A stretch of DNA of 45,626 nt, taken from NCBI GenBank assembly GCA_964348675.1, contig CAYGDF010000002.1:1-45626 (forward strand), read 5' to 3'. This document shows positions 1-8,821 of the stretch, piece after piece (the first letter of the stretch is position 1; the number at the start of each line of letters is the position of its first letter). The stretch is from an uncultured Candidatus Saccharibacteria bacterium (lineage in GTDB: Bacteria > Patescibacteriota > Minisyncoccia > Phycocordibacterales > UBA5272). A program made the translations under genes and the position numbers. The notes beneath the pieces are model-generated. The model did no database searches, was not told the origin of the DNA, and was given only the letters and a program-made list of their open reading frames with translations.

Positions 1-573
1 GGTGTTAATAAAAAAGACTTCGCACAGTGTGTTAATTCTGGGGAACGTGCGCAGGCGGTTAACGATTCTGAAACAGACGGCGTAAAGGCCGGAGTAAACG
101 GAACTCCTTCAACTTTTATTCTTCGTGAAGAAAATGGAGTTTTGTATACCGTGGCAAATATCTCTGGCGCACAGAGTAAAGATTTATTTACTCAAGCAAT
201 CGAACAAGCTATTTCCCTAACTGATGTGAGCAAACTTGCAAAGTTTGCAGGACGCGATGTAGATGAAAACGATTTTGTGGAAGGAGGCTCATCTAAAGTA
301 TACGTCATAGAATATTCCGATGCGGAGTGTCCATTCTGTATGCGACTTCACCCAACCATGAAAGAACTAAGAACTGAATATGCCGATAGAATTTCTTTTG
401 TTTACCGCGACTTTCCACTTACAAGTATTCACCAACATGCCCAAAAAGAAGCCGAGATGATTTCTTGTGTTGGTAAACTCGCAGGAGCAAAAGCATACTA
501 TCAATTCATAGACTTAACGTATGATTATAAAATAAAAAATAATACTGGATATCTTCCTTGGGAAAATAACTAA
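1..573 (+). CDS. DsbA-family thioredoxin-fold protein, 5'-truncated by the window edge. It has the C-terminal half of one DsbA domain followed by a second CxxC domain that stops early.
   Basis: Frame 1 is open from nt 1. 'GVNGTPSTFI' is a DsbA C-terminal motif, followed by 'YSDAECPFCMRLHP' (CPFC redox motif). A hairpin follows the stop codon. Confidence 0.7.
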   Translation, partial: GVNKKDFAQCVNSGERAQAVNDSETDGVKAGVNGTPSTFILREENGVLYTVANISGAQSKDLFTQAIEQAISLTDVSKLAKFAGRDVDENDFVEGGSSKVYVIEYSDAECPFCMRLHPTMKELRTEYADRISFVYRDFPLTSIHQHAQKEAEMISCVGKLAGAKAYYQFIDLTYDYKIKNNTGYLPWENN

Positions 574-581
574 TTGAAGAA

Positions 582-614
582 AGGAAAAGTGGCGCCGTAG
601 GCGCTACTTTTCCT
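582..614. terminator. Terminator-like hairpin with a GGCGCCGTAGGCGC core. It is copy 1 of a repeated hairpin; copy 2 is at 12338-12380.
   Basis: Arms aggaaaagtggcgc / gcgctacttttcct with loop cgtag, followed by TTCACACCT (616-624). Confidence 0.6.
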
Positions 615-752
615 ATTCACACCTATTCCTTTACAAGTCAAGGGCTTAGGTATAGGATTACCCTGTGGCACTGATTATTTTCAGATTCCCCACACGCCAC
701 GACATGCCGAAAGCCTGCCGTAAAAATGTACATAACAGCAGAGGATAGAGAT

Positions 753-1145
753 ATGCAAGTGTTGGAAACACCCCGCGAAGCGACCCAGACACCGGCCAAG
801 CCGAAACGCGACCCGAAATCGCTCGAGTGCAAACTCGAAGCCCTGTTCGCAGCCGGCGCCGTCTTCAACTTCGGCCAAGCCCTACCGCCGAACATCAAGG
901 ACCGCAAGTACGAGCCCACGCAACCCGCCTTGAGTGGTCCAGTGGAAATCACCACCGCTCATGACGGCGGGGCGTGGATCGGCTTCACCTTGGCAAGTGG
1001 CATCCAGTGCCGCACCAAGTCTGGCGAAGACACGAAACGCCTGCGGGAACTCATCCAGAGCCCCGAGGTGCTCACGCAAGGATACCTGGGCAATGTCGGC
1101 GTCCACCTGGACCCGGTCACCCGTCTCGCAGGTTTCCTGAACTAG
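753..1145 (+). CDS. Hypothetical protein on GC-rich cassette 1 (alternative start at 726).
   Basis: GC-rich ORF in an AT-rich context. AGAGGA lies upstream of ATG 753, and a double hairpin terminator lies downstream. I recognise no family. Confidence 0.55.
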   Translation: MQVLETPREATQTPAKPKRDPKSLECKLEALFAAGAVFNFGQALPPNIKDRKYEPTQPALSGPVEITTAHDGGAWIGFTLASGIQCRTKSGEDTKRLRELIQSPEVLTQGYLGNVGVHLDPVTRLAGFLN

Positions 1146-1170
1146 TCGTCGACCCTTCGAGCCGACGACA

Positions 1171-1198
1171 AAAGCCGCCCCCTGGCGGCTTTTTTTTG
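1171..1198. terminator. Rho-independent terminator, bidirectional (A-tract / stem / T-tract).
   Basis: aaaagccgcc-ccct-ggcggctttttttt. It sits between the cassette-1 ORF (+) and bcp (-). Confidence 0.8.
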
Positions 1199-1206
1199 TT
1201 TATATT

Positions 1207-1662
1207 TTATTGCACATCTCCCTTAACTTCTTCTGCGTGCTCTTTTGATTTCACATCTTCGTAAATTTTTTCAATCTTTCCTTTCTCATCAATCAAAAAA
1301 CTTGTGCGAGCAATTCCCATATATTCACGTCCCATAAACTTTTTCTTTCCCCATACACCGTAGGCTTCGCAAACCTTCTTTTCTTCATCAGAAAGAATTG
1401 GAAAAGGTAAATCAAATTTCTCAGCAAATTTTTTATGACTCTTCACACTGTCTGCGCTTACTCCTAAAATAACTAGTCCGAGTTTTTCAAAATCCTTATA
1501 TCCGTCTCTAAAATTACAAGCCTCCGTGGTACACCCCGGGGTATCATCTTTGGGATAGAAATAAAGTAAAACCTTTTTTCCTAAATATTGTTTAAGAGTA
1601 TGAATCTCTCCATTTTGGTCTGGGAGTTTAAATTCTGGCGCTTTGTTTCCTATTTTTATCAT
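1207..1662 (-). CDS. bcp: Thiol peroxidase / peroxiredoxin Bcp (AhpC/TSA family).
   Basis: 'YFYPKDDTPGCTTEACNFRD' is the peroxiredoxin active-site motif. ATG 1662 is preferred over the upstream TTG at 1695. Confidence 0.9.
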   Translation of the reverse strand: MIKIGNKAPEFKLPDQNGEIHTLKQYLGKKVLLYFYPKDDTPGCTTEACNFRDGYKDFEKLGLVILGVSADSVKSHKKFAEKFDLPFPILSDEEKKVCEAYGVWGKKKFMGREYMGIARTSFLIDEKGKIEKIYEDVKSKEHAEEVKGDVQ

Positions 1663-1685
1663 ATGATTAGTATTTTTGACGAAAT

Positions 1686-2114
1686 CTATGCGCAAACCTT
1701 ACACACTCCATAAATTTCAATGGAGTGTGTCGTTGTATTTTTAAACTTCCTACTTTTACTCAACATTTTTTGCACCGCACCATCGATAGAAACCCCTTCT
1801 ATTTTTTCTATGGTTTCACATTTTCCACAAACAATTTGATGCGACGCACGCCCAGTTTCTAACTCATAATGCGCGTGCCCATGATTAAAATCTAACCTTC
1901 TTAAAATACCAGCTTCATGAAGTGAAGAAAGGTTTCTATAAATTGTCGCTTGGTCGATATTTTCTTTTTTGCGAAGCAACTCTACTAGTTCATAAACCGT
2001 AATTGGTTGTTTAATTTTAGCAACTGCGTTAAGCACGCTTAGTCTGTGCGGAGTAACTCGAAGTCCCGCTTCTTGAATCAATGTTTTTAAATCTTCAGTT
2101 GAATATTTCGCCAT
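1686..2114 (-). CDS. Fur-family metalloregulator, probably Zur-like.
   Basis: Winged-helix region 'TPHRLSVLNAV...TVYELV', 'HGHAHYEL', and CxxC pairs (CGKC, CKVC). It is divergent from a ZIP transporter gene. Confidence 0.85.
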   Translation of the reverse strand: MAKYSTEDLKTLIQEAGLRVTPHRLSVLNAVAKIKQPITVYELVELLRKKENIDQATIYRNLSSLHEAGILRRLDFNHGHAHYELETGRASHQIVCGKCETIEKIEGVSIDGAVQKMLSKSRKFKNTTTHSIEIYGVCKVCA

Positions 2115-2193
2115 GTGGGTAGTATAACATTCTCTGACAACTTGCGAAAGGTTTGCATGTAAGGAATATATACTGTAAACTGTCTTAATATAT

Positions 2194-2868
2194 ATGCCAT
2201 TACTCGAACCATCACTTATCCTTACTTTTCTTAGTGCGGCGGCGCTTCCTTTGCTTGCCGTTCTTGGAATTCTACTACGTCGCAACCTTTTTCAAGGCAA
2301 GCCTAAATGGATACTTCTTATACTTGGACTGGCACTTCTCGTGTATACGGTAGTGAGCACTTTTATAGAACATGGGGAAGAATTAGGGATATCGGATATC
2401 TTCATAGGGACAATTACTGCACTAATAACACTATTCATTCTTTCCCACTTCAAACATAATCATGTCCACGCAAAAGAAGAAGGTGGTGTAAGGGGTATAG
2501 TGATAAGCGAAGCCTTTCACTCACTTATCGATGGAGCAATTATCGGAGCTACGTATCTTATTAATCCAATCTTAGGTTCGGCAGCAACCATTGGTATTAT
2601 TATTCACGAACTACCAAAAATTATCGGGACTCTCACTGTTTTTAGAAGTTTAGGGCTTTCGATTCGACAAACTATTTTTTACGGAATATGTGCTCAAATC
2701 GGCTCGCCGATAGCTGCCGTATTCGTCTTTTTACTTGGCGCACAATTTAACGAAGAAAGTTTTCATACACTTGAAATTGCAAGCATCTCATCTTTGGGTG
2801 CAATCGTCCTTTGGATTATTTATCTTGAAGTTAGATATCACAAAAAGCACAAACATCACAACCACTAG
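2194..2868 (+). CDS. ZIP-family divalent metal transporter (ZupT-like).
   Basis: Multi-TM protein with 'GIIIHELPKIIG' and His-rich segments (HFKHNHVHAKEE and the HKKHKHHNH tail). Confidence 0.7.
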   Translation: MPLLEPSLILTFLSAAALPLLAVLGILLRRNLFQGKPKWILLILGLALLVYTVVSTFIEHGEELGISDIFIGTITALITLFILSHFKHNHVHAKEEGGVRGIVISEAFHSLIDGAIIGATYLINPILGSAATIGIIIHELPKIIGTLTVFRSLGLSIRQTIFYGICAQIGSPIAAVFVFLLGAQFNEESFHTLEIASISSLGAIVLWIIYLEVRYHKKHKHHNH

Positions 2869-3908
2869 TTGATAATTCCTCCACCAATACAACTATTCCC
2901 ATCATAGAGCACAAGAGACTGCCCAGATGCAGCGGTTAGTTCACCCTCGATTACTTTCACTTCTTTTTCACTCACGATTTGCACTTTCGCAAGCGGTGCA
3001 CGATAACGAGCGCGAGCTTCATATACTTCTCCGCTTTTTATATCCTTAGTCCAGTTGATTTTTTCTAAGTGTATAGTTTCACCCATCTTTTCGTGTGGAG
3101 CAGTGTGCGAAACCGTGAGAACGTTAGTGTCCGCATTTTTCGCTATGACAAAGTAGGGTGCATCGCTTGTAGATTTTTTTGTAATCATAAATCCGTGACG
3201 CTCACCGATCGTATAAAACATTGCGCCATTATGATAACCAATTATAAGCCCATCTTCATTTATTATGTCCCCTCTCTTTTCTTCTATGTAATTTTTAAGC
3301 AGTGTTTTAACATCGATTGTTCCCACAAAACATAACCCCTGACTGTCCTTCTTTTCACTTACTGGTAAATTAAAGTTACTCGCAAGTTCTCGCACTTCAC
3401 TTTTTTTCATCCCACCAACTGGAAAAAAGGTGCTTTGTAATTGTTCCTTGGTAAGTGTCCACAAAAAGTATGTCTGGTCTTTATTTTCATCTTTACTTTT
3501 TTTAAGCGAACCTTCTTCGTGTTCTGCATAATGTCCTGTTGCTATGAAAGCGTCTTTATCCTGCTCTTTTGCCCACTTAAAGAACGCGCCAAATTTTACC
3601 TCTCGGTTACACATAACATCGGGGTTCGGAGTACGTCCCTTTTTATATTCATCTATCATGTAATCAATCACACCTCTTTTGTATTCGTTCTCTAAATCAA
3701 GAGTTACAAAAGGAATATCAAGCGAGGAAGCGACTCTCATCGCATCTAATCTATCTTCTTTCCATGTGCATTCTATAAAGTCCGGTTGCCAAACTTTTAT
3801 AAATACTCCAGTAACATCATAACCTTGCTGTTTAAGTAAGGCAGCCGAAACAGACGAATCCACTCCGCCAGACATTCCCACATATACTTTTTTGCCATTA
3901 CTTATCAT
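2865..3908 (-). CDS. mnmA: tRNA 2-thiouridine(34) synthase MnmA.
   Basis: 'VGMSGGVDSSVSA' PP-loop and full-length similarity to the MnmA architecture. Confidence 0.9.
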   Translation of the reverse strand: MISNGKKVYVGMSGGVDSSVSAALLKQQGYDVTGVFIKVWQPDFIECTWKEDRLDAMRVASSLDIPFVTLDLENEYKRGVIDYMIDEYKKGRTPNPDVMCNREVKFGAFFKWAKEQDKDAFIATGHYAEHEEGSLKKSKDENKDQTYFLWTLTKEQLQSTFFPVGGMKKSEVRELASNFNLPVSEKKDSQGLCFVGTIDVKTLLKNYIEEKRGDIINEDGLIIGYHNGAMFYTIGERHGFMITKKSTSDAPYFVIAKNADTNVLTVSHTAPHEKMGETIHLEKINWTKDIKSGEVYEARARYRAPLAKVQIVSEKEVKVIEGELTAASGQSLVLYDGNSCIGGGIIN

Positions 3909-3992
3909 CGTTCTAATCTATCATCAACCCTACAAAAAGCCAAAGCACCACGTGAGAAGTGACGCGTTTGGTCATTCTCTCCCTGTGGTGCC

Positions 3993-4412
3993 TTATATTG
4001 TTGCGACTTGAAGCGCTACAATCCTTTCGAGTGCGTCTAAGCCTCTGCCCCCGTGTGGTACGACGTCATGAAGTTTCTTCTCTTGTGGTGCCGGCCACTC
4101 TTCCTCGCAGACCCAGGCCCCATCCTCCTTGTGGAAGGTAAAGATAGGCGTCACTGCATGAGGGCGAAGGTGCGAAGAGAACTCCTTGACCACGAACTTC
4201 ATTTCGTCACCATCTATCACCAGATACACGGAGTAGTCTTCCATATTCCTCTCGAAGGCAAACACGCCCTCAAGATGGAAGGTCTCTCGTTCTTCACTTC
4301 CTTTAAGTCTTCTGGGGTAGATGGCTTCCTCCCCTTCCCAACCCAAATGAAAGCGAAACTTCTCGTGATCCGGCGATCCGGTTGTTGTTACAATTGCGTA
4401 CTGGAAATGCAT
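3993..4412 (-). CDS. Hypothetical protein on GC-enriched cassette 2.
   Basis: 139-aa ORF at about 52% GC. A strong RBS (aaagggga) lies 6 nt upstream of the ATG. I recognise no family. Confidence 0.55.
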   Translation of the reverse strand: MHFQYAIVTTTGSPDHEKFRFHLGWEGEEAIYPRRLKGSEERETFHLEGVFAFERNMEDYSVYLVIDGDEMKFVVKEFSSHLRPHAVTPIFTFHKEDGAWVCEEEWPAPQEKKLHDVVPHGGRGLDALERIVALQVATI

Positions 4413-4618
4413 GGCTGTCCCCTTTCTTTTTGCCCTGCCTTACTATCAGTTTACACTTCCAAGATTATGCAAAAAGTGGACAACTTTTCGCTATTACCAC
4501 CATTAAGTGAAAATTCCTGGAGGTACGCAAAGAGCGCATGTTTTTGGAAGAAGTCGTACATTTAGTACGGCAACTGACAAAAACATGCGCTCGAGAAAGT
4601 AGATGCAGGGATTTTCGT

Positions 4619-5173
4619 TTAATGAGCGTTCATTAGTTTTTTGTAGACTTCAACTAAGGCTTTGGTGTCCGCTAGCGCTGTGTGAGCCTTACTGTTTTCT
4701 ACTTTAAGCAATTCACACAGATACTTAAGCGAAAATTTATCAGCCTGAGGAGCATCGTAAAGTCTAGCGAAAGCAATCGAAATGGTGTCTAACTTTGCGT
4801 AATGCATCCTACTTTCCACACCGGTTTCTTCAAATGCTTTTTGTACGAAAGCATAATCAAAAACTAAGTTGTGGGAAACAAAAGTACAACTCTGCGTCTT
4901 CTTAGCAAACTCTTCCATGGCTTTTTTCCTATCCACCGCAAACATCCAATCCACCTCGTTATATCCATTCACACGAAGTGCAGCGTCTTCGGCGATTTCA
5001 ATTCTTTCTGGTTTAATTTTCCATTCGCACTCTTCTAGGATTTCAATCTTCGGACCTTTTCCAGGTCTGTCAGTTTGTTTAACTATAATACATGCGAGTT
5101 CTATTATTTCATGTTTACTGGCGTCAGTCCCTGTGGTTTCTGTGTCTATAAATGCTAGGTTGTGGGTTTTCAT
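4619..5173 (-). CDS. DEDDh 3'-5' exonuclease (DnaQ / Pol III epsilon-like).
   Basis: 'FIDTETTG', 'HNLVFDYAF' and 'HTALADTKAL' are the Exo I/II/III motifs. Confidence 0.85.
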   Translation of the reverse strand: MKTHNLAFIDTETTGTDASKHEIIELACIIVKQTDRPGKGPKIEILEECEWKIKPERIEIAEDAALRVNGYNEVDWMFAVDRKKAMEEFAKKTQSCTFVSHNLVFDYAFVQKAFEETGVESRMHYAKLDTISIAFARLYDAPQADKFSLKYLCELLKVENSKAHTALADTKALVEVYKKLMNAH

Positions 5174-5201
5174 GTACTATCTGTTTAATTTTTCTATTAA
5201 C

Positions 5202-6113
5202 TTATTTAAGGTATTTCTGTATATTTCTTTTGTGTTCTTCAAACGTTTTTGAATAATGCATTATACCAGTTTTATCTGTCAGATAATAGAGATAACTCGA
5301 TGACGTTGGATTAAATGTAGCATCAAGCGCGATTATTCCGGGATTATTAATTGGTTCATTTGGTAATCCTCTACTTTTATAAGTTTCTTTTGCAACATCT
5401 ACCTGAAGAGCCATATTTATAGAGAGTCTTTTTAATAAAATACCAGACACCAATTTCATGTCTTCCTCTGTTTTAGCTTCGCCCTCTAAAAGAGAAGCTA
5501 GAATAATTACTTCTTGTTGATTTTTAAGTTGAGTGGGAATTTTTGATTTAGCAAAATACGCTTCGTACTTTCTGTTAAAAGTATCCATCATCATGCTTAC
5601 AATTTTTTCTTCGTCATATGATGGCAACAAGTAATATGTAGAAGGAAAAAGTTTACCATTAGCATCTTTCTCACTAACTTTCTTATTGAACACGTCTATC
5701 GAAAAATCAGGTAATACTTTTTTTATAATTTCCGCCGTCTCACCAGTTGTACTCCCTTCCGGCACAGTAATACTCAAAAGTGGAGCATCTGGATTTCCGT
5801 ATATCAACCTTTTCACAACCGAACCCAATGTAAGCGGTTCATCAAAAGAGTAAAGTCCTAATTGAACATGTCTATCACGTCCCAAAAAAGAAACCCACAT
5901 TCTAAAAAACAATGCTGAGTTTATATAATGCTCTGTTTCAAGACGCGCACTAATACTTTGTAAACTTTCCCCTTCATCAACTACGAAATTAGTTCCTACT
6001 GGAAAATTACTTGGTAAACTACTTATAGACCAGATGGCGAAAAAAATAAATATGACAACTATTCCGTAAGTGGTGTAGGCAACTCCATTCTTTTTTTTCG
6101 TATTTCGGTTCAT
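5202..6113 (-). CDS. mltG: Endolytic murein transglycosylase MltG (YceG-like).
   Basis: N-terminal TM segment, 'ILASLLEGEA' and 'YKSRGLPNEPINNPG' are YceG-family motifs. Confidence 0.8.
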   Translation of the reverse strand: MNRNTKKKNGVAYTTYGIVVIFIFFAIWSISSLPSNFPVGTNFVVDEGESLQSISARLETEHYINSALFFRMWVSFLGRDRHVQLGLYSFDEPLTLGSVVKRLIYGNPDAPLLSITVPEGSTTGETAEIIKKVLPDFSIDVFNKKVSEKDANGKLFPSTYYLLPSYDEEKIVSMMMDTFNRKYEAYFAKSKIPTQLKNQQEVIILASLLEGEAKTEEDMKLVSGILLKRLSINMALQVDVAKETYKSRGLPNEPINNPGIIALDATFNPTSSSYLYYLTDKTGIMHYSKTFEEHKRNIQKYLK

Positions 6114-6124
6114 TTCTGTCGTAT

Positions 6125-7648
6125 TTATTGTGGAAGGTTAGTTGGAGGAAGACTCTTGGCGCTGTCAATTCTAGGAAGAGTTGGAACTGACGCGGTTGCA
6201 CCTGGGAAGTGATAAAGCGTTGCTATTTCTTCCACATTTAAACAGAAAATCTCTTTTGAGGTTGGGTGATGAAAAGGGTGCAGTAACCCTTCATACATCA
6301 TGCGCCACATCTTTCTCGTTTTAAGTGAAAAATACCAAAATACTCTATCTTCCCATTTTTCAAGACTTGAACGATCTTCAAAATGAATGTGGAATCCGTC
6401 ACGTTCAACATATTCCTCGAACCATTCTTCTTTTCTCCACGGAGCTCTTCTATTTAACCAGTTTTGCCAAGGAAAATCATAATCATCCACCGGCACTGTA
6501 CTGTAGTTGTTGAAATAGTCCCCTGCTCCATTATAATTTTTCATTACATTAAATGTGTTCGAAATATACGATGGATTAAATACTTCTTTTTTGGCTGTAT
6601 AAACCACTCTCACAATTACACGCATTATTGGCTTAGAAAGCTTCAAGTTAATTCTTTCTACTTCCATCTTCTCTTCCTGAGTAAGTTGGTTTTCCTTCTT
6701 CTCATGCACCTCTCTTTCGTCTACATACATCAAAGCAACAGTCTCTGACCCAGAACCGTCTTTCTTCGGACGAGTTACTTCTTTTGGAATACCATTGTCA
6801 TCGTACACCAAGTCTCCCTTCTTTACTTTCTTAACTTTTCTAATCTGTTTTTTTCTTTCGTTCGCCAAGTCAGCTAAAGACCAATGATCGTGAGTCATCT
6901 TGTTTAAATACATTTTTGGAAATCTCGTACCGTTAAAGTTAGCTTCATCCTGAACTAAAACTTGGTACCACACATGCTCACCTTTACCAACACTACCCAT
7001 GAATTCCAAAAGTGGTACCATCGGGTCAACTTTAAATTCCTCCTTAGGATCACGATCTAAGCCGAAATCAACATAAGTTTTTATAGGTATATAGTCTGCA
7101 TTCATTTGATAACTTTTCCCTGGTTTATCTGGGTCATCCCAAGGCTTACCTGTTTCTGGATTCGTTGGTGTAAATTTTTTTGAAAGAGGATAATGCATGC
7201 TCCACGTTTCTACATCCTCAGAAAGGTGGTGATAGTGAATAAGTTTTGTATAGTCCTCTGCTTCTATTATTTCTATACCAGGATACTGAGCGTAAAGGTT
7301 TGATTCTACAAGATTCCTAAAACGACGCTGAACACGGAAATAAAAATGAATAGTTCCTTCGATGGAAGCGATTTCCATTGATGAAAAGATTGGTAAATTA
7401 CCTAAAATATTTCTCTTCCACCAAACAGGAACACCACTTGAGTGAAGTAGCGAAGTAAGGGCATTTTCCATAGCCAGTGGAGATTTGTGTATTTCGCGAG
7501 GGAGTTTTATTTCAAGCAAAACCCAATCTATTTTCGCTTGATGACGTTGGCGTGCGTATAAAAGCCAAAATCGCCAGACCCAAGCAAATACAAGCAAGGT
7601 AACTCCTGCGTAAACCAGAAGAAGTATGACATCAATCAAAAACTGCAT
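6125..7648 (-). CDS. Hypothetical membrane-anchored protein.
   Basis: 507-aa ORF with an N-terminal TM segment followed by 'LLEIKLPRE'. I cannot name a family with confidence. Confidence 0.6.
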   Translation of the reverse strand: MQFLIDVILLLVYAGVTLLVFAWVWRFWLLYARQRHQAKIDWVLLEIKLPREIHKSPLAMENALTSLLHSSGVPVWWKRNILGNLPIFSSMEIASIEGTIHFYFRVQRRFRNLVESNLYAQYPGIEIIEAEDYTKLIHYHHLSEDVETWSMHYPLSKKFTPTNPETGKPWDDPDKPGKSYQMNADYIPIKTYVDFGLDRDPKEEFKVDPMVPLLEFMGSVGKGEHVWYQVLVQDEANFNGTRFPKMYLNKMTHDHWSLADLANERKKQIRKVKKVKKGDLVYDDNGIPKEVTRPKKDGSGSETVALMYVDEREVHEKKENQLTQEEKMEVERINLKLSKPIMRVIVRVVYTAKKEVFNPSYISNTFNVMKNYNGAGDYFNNYSTVPVDDYDFPWQNWLNRRAPWRKEEWFEEYVERDGFHIHFEDRSSLEKWEDRVFWYFSLKTRKMWRMMYEGLLHPFHHPTSKEIFCLNVEEIATLYHFPGATASVPTLPRIDSAKSLPPTNLPQ

Positions 7649-7750
7649 GCTAAAAGTATATCATGTGCTAAGGTTCGTACGTCCACACATTTATGGTGAG
7701 TAAACAAGAAAACAAAAAAACGGACGCTTTGCATCCGTTTTTGTTTATCT

Positions 7751-8779
7751 TTAAGCTAATGTGTATTCACCGGCTACTTTCTTGAAAAACTTTCCGTTCT
7801 GAAGGTTAACTAGAACTGTGTTTGGCTTAACGATTCTCTTCGCCAAAACTCTCTTGATGACGTCATCTTTCGATAATGGACGTCCAGCTTCTTTCATTAC
7901 TTCTGTAATAACGTCGCGAACAACTCCTCCAGTGTGGCCCCAGTCACGCAATCCGTACATTCCGCGTCCAACTAGAACGAAACGGCTATCTTTAATGAGT
8001 TCATTATGACATGTGGCCACGTGAGCCTTCTTTCCGAAAGTTTTATTGATTTCACTTGCCACTTCTTTGAAGTGCATAGGGCGTCCAGCCTTACGCATAA
8101 TCAGATATGCATAGTCTTTTATACCACGAGCGCGAATGTGAGGAGAGGATGTGCGACCCCATTCTGATAATTGGTTCTTACCGATTACTTTTGAAAGTGC
8201 TAAGTATCTGTAAATTATTTCTTTGTTGCCTTTGTATTCCGCGACGACGTCTGAAAGATGAGAAAGAAAGCGTTCAAAAATTTCTTCTTCTTTAACTAGA
8301 TCCTCTTCATTAATTGTTGAATAAAGTTTAACTAGCGCTTCACGAACGTGTTCAGCCACGGCATCATCGGTTGTAAAGTGCGCCTGAAAATGATCATCCT
8401 CTTTATGCTTCTTAAAATCTTCACCGAGCGCTAAGTAAAGGTTAATGTGATTCTGAATAACTGGGTCCTTTGAAATAGAGCGCATTAGATGCTCTTCTCC
8501 AACAACCGTTCCTAGTTCCTTAAGAATCTGTTTTAACTCTTCAAAAATAAAAGCATGCTCTTTATAGTCCTTTGATTTCTTAATAGTGGCTAGGGCAAAG
8601 TTCTCAATCTGACGAACACGCTCACGAGTAATATCGTAAGTTTTTCCAATAGATTCGAGCGTCATGCGTTCAGTCTTTTCTAGTCCATAACGATTAACCA
8701 CGATTTCTCTAGTTCGTGGATTAAGCGTAGTTAAAAGCTTCTTTGATACCGCTTTGGGTTTGAAAGTGATTCCGGCCAT
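7751..8779 (-). CDS. Sigma-70 region-4-like HTH protein with C-terminal HARE-HTH-like repeats.
   Basis: 'TLESIGKTYDITRERVRQIENFALATIKK' is a sigma region 4.2 signature. Two C-terminal segments ('RPMHFKEV...GMYGLRDW') resemble HARE-HTH. Confidence 0.65.
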   Translation of the reverse strand: MAGITFKPKAVSKKLLTTLNPRTREIVVNRYGLEKTERMTLESIGKTYDITRERVRQIENFALATIKKSKDYKEHAFIFEELKQILKELGTVVGEEHLMRSISKDPVIQNHINLYLALGEDFKKHKEDDHFQAHFTTDDAVAEHVREALVKLYSTINEEDLVKEEEIFERFLSHLSDVVAEYKGNKEIIYRYLALSKVIGKNQLSEWGRTSSPHIRARGIKDYAYLIMRKAGRPMHFKEVASEINKTFGKKAHVATCHNELIKDSRFVLVGRGMYGLRDWGHTGGVVRDVITEVMKEAGRPLSKDDVIKRVLAKRIVKPNTVLVNLQNGKFFKKVAGEYTLA

Positions 8780-8821
8780 GTGTGTTTATATCTTATATAC
8801 TACTATAACTTGTCAAAAACG

